Shown here: positions 4,349 to 5,772 of the stretch, one piece after another
Numbering within the stretch: the first letter of the stretch is position 1
Layout of the letters: each line of letters begins with the position of its first letter
NCBI RefSeq assembly: GCF_050320075.1
Contig: NZ_CP190025.1
Source of the DNA: Escherichia coli
GTDB lineage: Bacteria > Pseudomonadota > Gammaproteobacteria > Enterobacterales > Enterobacteriaceae
DNA: 5,772 bases
Strand: one strand, 5' to 3'
Notes under the pieces: model-generated
Database searches by the model: none
Told to the model about the DNA's origin: nothing
What the model saw: only the letters and a program-made list of their open reading frames with translations
Made by a program: the position numbers and the translations under genes

Positions 4349-4740
4349 GAACTCTTAATATCTCAATCCACCTTGTCCAGTTACCAATGGCTGCTGCCAG
4401 TGGCGTTAAGGCGTGTCTTACCGGGTTGGACTCAAGACGATAGTTACCGGATAAGGCGCAGCGGTCGGGCTGAACGGGGGGTTCGTGCACACAGCCCAGC
4501 TTGGAGCGAACGACCTACACCGAACTGAGATACCAACAGCGTGAGCTATGAGAAAGCGCCACGCTTCCCGAAGGGAGAAAGGCGGAGAGGTATCCGGTAA
4601 GCGGCAGGGTCGGAACAGGAGAGCGCACGAGGGAGCTTCCAGGGGGAAACGCCTGGTATCTTTATAGTCCTGTCGGGTTTCGCCACCTCTGACTTGAGCG
4701 TCGATTTTTGTGATGCTCGTCAGGGGGGCGGAGCCTATGG

Positions 4741-4746
4741 AAAAAC
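4741..4746 (+). other. ori: oriV: approximate RNA II to DNA transition point (RNase H processing site)
   Basis: The conserved context is ggagcctatggAAAAAcgcc. In ColE1-type origins, leading-strand synthesis starts in or next to this A-run. The exact nucleotide cannot be determined from sequence. Confidence 0.6.
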
Positions 4747-4959
4747 GCCACCGGCGCGGCCTTTTTTCGGGGCCTCTTTTTTGCTCACATGTTTTTTCCG
4801 GCGTTATCCCCTGATTCTGTGGATAACCGTATATCCGTCTTTGAGTGAGCTGATACCGCTCGCCGCAGCCGAACGACCGAGCGCAGCGAGTCAGTGAGCG
4901 AGGAAGCGGAAGAGCGCCTGATGCGGTATTTTCTCCTTACGCATCTGTGCGGTATTTCA

Positions 4960-5060
4960 CACCGCATATGGTGCACTCTCAGTACAATCTGCTCTGATGC
5001 CGCATAGTTAAGCCAGTATACACTCCGCTATCGCTACGTGACTGGGTCAGGGCTGCGCCC
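4960..5060 (-). other. oriT: bom/oriT region with nic motif
   Basis: The sequence is colinear with the pBR322 bom region (caccgcatatggtgcactctcagtacaatctgctctgatgccgcatagttaagccagtatacactccgctatcgctacgtgactggg). The bottom strand reads CTGG/CTTA at 5016..5009, which is the ColE1 nic sequence as I recall it. The predicted nick lies between 5013 and 5012. Confidence 0.7.
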
Positions 5061-5158
5061 CGACACCCGCTAAAACCTGCTGACGCGCCCTGACGGGCTT
5101 GTCAGCTCCCGGCATCCGCTCACAGACAAGCTGTGACCGTCTCCGGGAGCTGCATGTG

Positions 5159-5350
5159 TCAGAGGTTTTCACCGTCATCCCCGAAGCGTGCGAGGCAGCT
5201 GCGGTAAAGCTCATCGGCGTGGTCGTGAAGCGATTCACAGATGTCTGCCTGTTCATCCGCGTCCAGTTCGTTGAGCTTCTCCAGCAGCGTTAATGTCTGG
5301 CTTCTGATAAAGCGCGCCATGTTAAGGGCTGTTTTTTCCTGTTTAGTCAC
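5159..5350 (-). CDS. rom: Rom/Rop, RNA I-RNA II kissing-complex stabiliser
   Basis: The 63-aa product is VTKQEKTALNMARFIRSQTLTLLEKLNELDADEQADICESLHDHADELYRSCLARFGDDGENL, which matches the Rop sequence I know. The GTG start (5350..5348) is the same as in pBR322, and GGAGG (5360..5356) lies 5 nt upstream. The track's longer 95-aa ORF is only an upstream open extension. Confidence 0.95.
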   Translation of the reverse strand: MTKQEKTALNMARFIRSQTLTLLEKLNELDADEQADICESLHDHADELYRSCLARFGDDGENL

Positions 5351-5389
5351 TGATGCCTCCGTGTAAGGGGGATTTCTGTTCATGGGGTA

Positions 5390-5737
5390 ATGATACCGAT
5401 GAAACGCGAGAGGATGCTCACGATACGGGTTACTGATGATGAACATGCCCGGTTACTTGAACGCTGTGAGGGTAAACAACTGGCGGTATGGATGCGGCGG
5501 GTCTGCCTGGGGGAGCCGGTTGCCCGTTCCGGGAGGCTGCCGACACTGGCACCGCCGTTACTGCGTCAGCTGGCCGCCATCGGAAATAACCTGAATCAGA
5601 CAGCGAGGAAGGTGAACAGCGGGCAGTGGTCTTCCGGTGACCGGGTTCAGGTGGTGGCCGCACTGATGGCCATCGGGGATGAGCTGCGCCGGCTGCGTCT
5701 GGCCGTCAGGGAACAGGGGGCGCGGGATGATAGTTAA
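5390..5737 (+). CDS. mbeC: MbeC relaxosome accessory protein (ribbon-helix-helix N-terminus)
   Basis: The sequence MLTIRVTDDEHARLLERCEGKQLAVWMRRVCLG…NNLNQTARKVN matches ColE1 MbeC. The stop TAA 5735..5737 overlaps the mbeA start (ATG 5727). The start is ambiguous between ATG 5390, 5399 and 5414. ColE1 MbeC as I recall it begins at the MLTIRV Met, which is 5414. Confidence 0.9.
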   Translation: MIPMKRERMLTIRVTDDEHARLLERCEGKQLAVWMRRVCLGEPVARSGRLPTLAPPLLRQLAAIGNNLNQTARKVNSGQWSSGDRVQVVAALMAIGDELRRLRLAVREQGARDDS

Positions 5738-5772
5738 ATTTCATGCCAGGGGAAAAGGTGGTGGCAGTGGTC
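5727..5772 (+). CDS. mbeA: 5' end of mbeA (first 15 codons plus 1 nt), continuing at nt 1 of the window
   Basis: The sequence atg ata gtt aaa ttt cat gcc agg gga aaa ggt ggt ggc agt ggt c translates to MIVKFHARGKGGGSG plus the first base of a Pro codon. Window nt 1-2 (cg) complete CCG, and the frame continues VDYLL…. Confidence 0.9.
   Translation, partial: MIVKFHARGKGGGSG

Larger units (their letters stand above)
4201..4745 (+). ncRNA. RNAII: RNA II pre-primer of the ColE1-type origin
   Basis: There is near-continuous similarity to the pMB1/pUC origin from gtaaacaaaaaaaccaccgc… through …gtcaggggggcggagcctatggaaaaacgcc. The length of ~545 nt is consistent with the ~555-nt primer. Confidence 0.85.

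Noticed and set aside
4694-5293. ORFs 4694..4897 (+), 4785..4976 (-), 5047..5256 (-) and 5099..5293 (+)
   Set aside because: They lie in the origin, bom/oriT, or antisense to rom. Equivalent spurious ORFs occur in pBR322-type sequence, and they have no RBS or recognisable product.
5351-5446. 32-codon upstream extension of the rom ORF (track 5159..5446, 95 aa)
   Set aside because: Rom is a 63-aa protein. The GTG at 5350 has a GGAGG SD 5 nt upstream and matches the known start. The extension would overlap the mbeC start region.
5430-5663. Minus-strand ORF, 77 aa, Pro/Ala/Ser-rich
   Set aside because: It is antisense to mbeC in GC-rich DNA and has no signals, so it is a shadow ORF.
1-5772. Search for CRISPR repeats, IS/transposase or integrase genes, a toxin-antitoxin pair, resistance genes, and colicin/immunity/lysis genes
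   Set aside because: I found none. There are no regularly spaced repeats, no ORF with transposase, integrase or colicin features, and no terminal inverted repeats flanking the cargo. Only the imperfect direct repeats reported above were seen.

Overview
The window reads as a complete, circularly permuted ColE1/pMB1-family mobilizable plasmid of 5772 bp. The last 46 nt join in frame to nt 1 and rebuild the mbeA relaxase gene. The G+C-rich backbone contains mbeA with mbeB and mbeD nested out of frame. It also holds a cer-type Xer multimer-resolution site (core 1685..1714), the RNA II/RNA I antisense-controlled origin (4165..4746) and bom/oriT with a CTGG/CTTA nic motif on the bottom strand (5009..5016). 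rom/rop (5159..5350, GTG start) and mbeC complete it. ColE1 carries colicin, immunity and lysis genes between cer and the RNA II promoter. Here that slot holds a ~2.4 kb strongly A+T-rich foreign module (~1715..4140). The module has a minus-strand two-gene operon: a 296-aa orphan protein whose stop overlaps (ATGA) the start of an SdaC/TdcC-like HAAAP amino-acid permease. Divergent from the operon is a type II tRNA gene with a long variable arm, a Ser-like body (G73, encoded CCA), a CUU (Lys-codon) anticodon and G37. This tRNA, orphan enzyme and Ser/Thr-type permease module is my candidate for an undescribed system. Its function is inferred, not demonstrated. Secondary observations are a cer core that diverges exactly at the central region on the cargo side, imperfect direct repeats bracketing the cargo, and a tRNA promoter aimed into the RNA II promoter. 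I see no CRISPR array, IS element, integrase, resistance gene or colicin operon. All homology statements come from reading the sequence and from memory, not from database searches.
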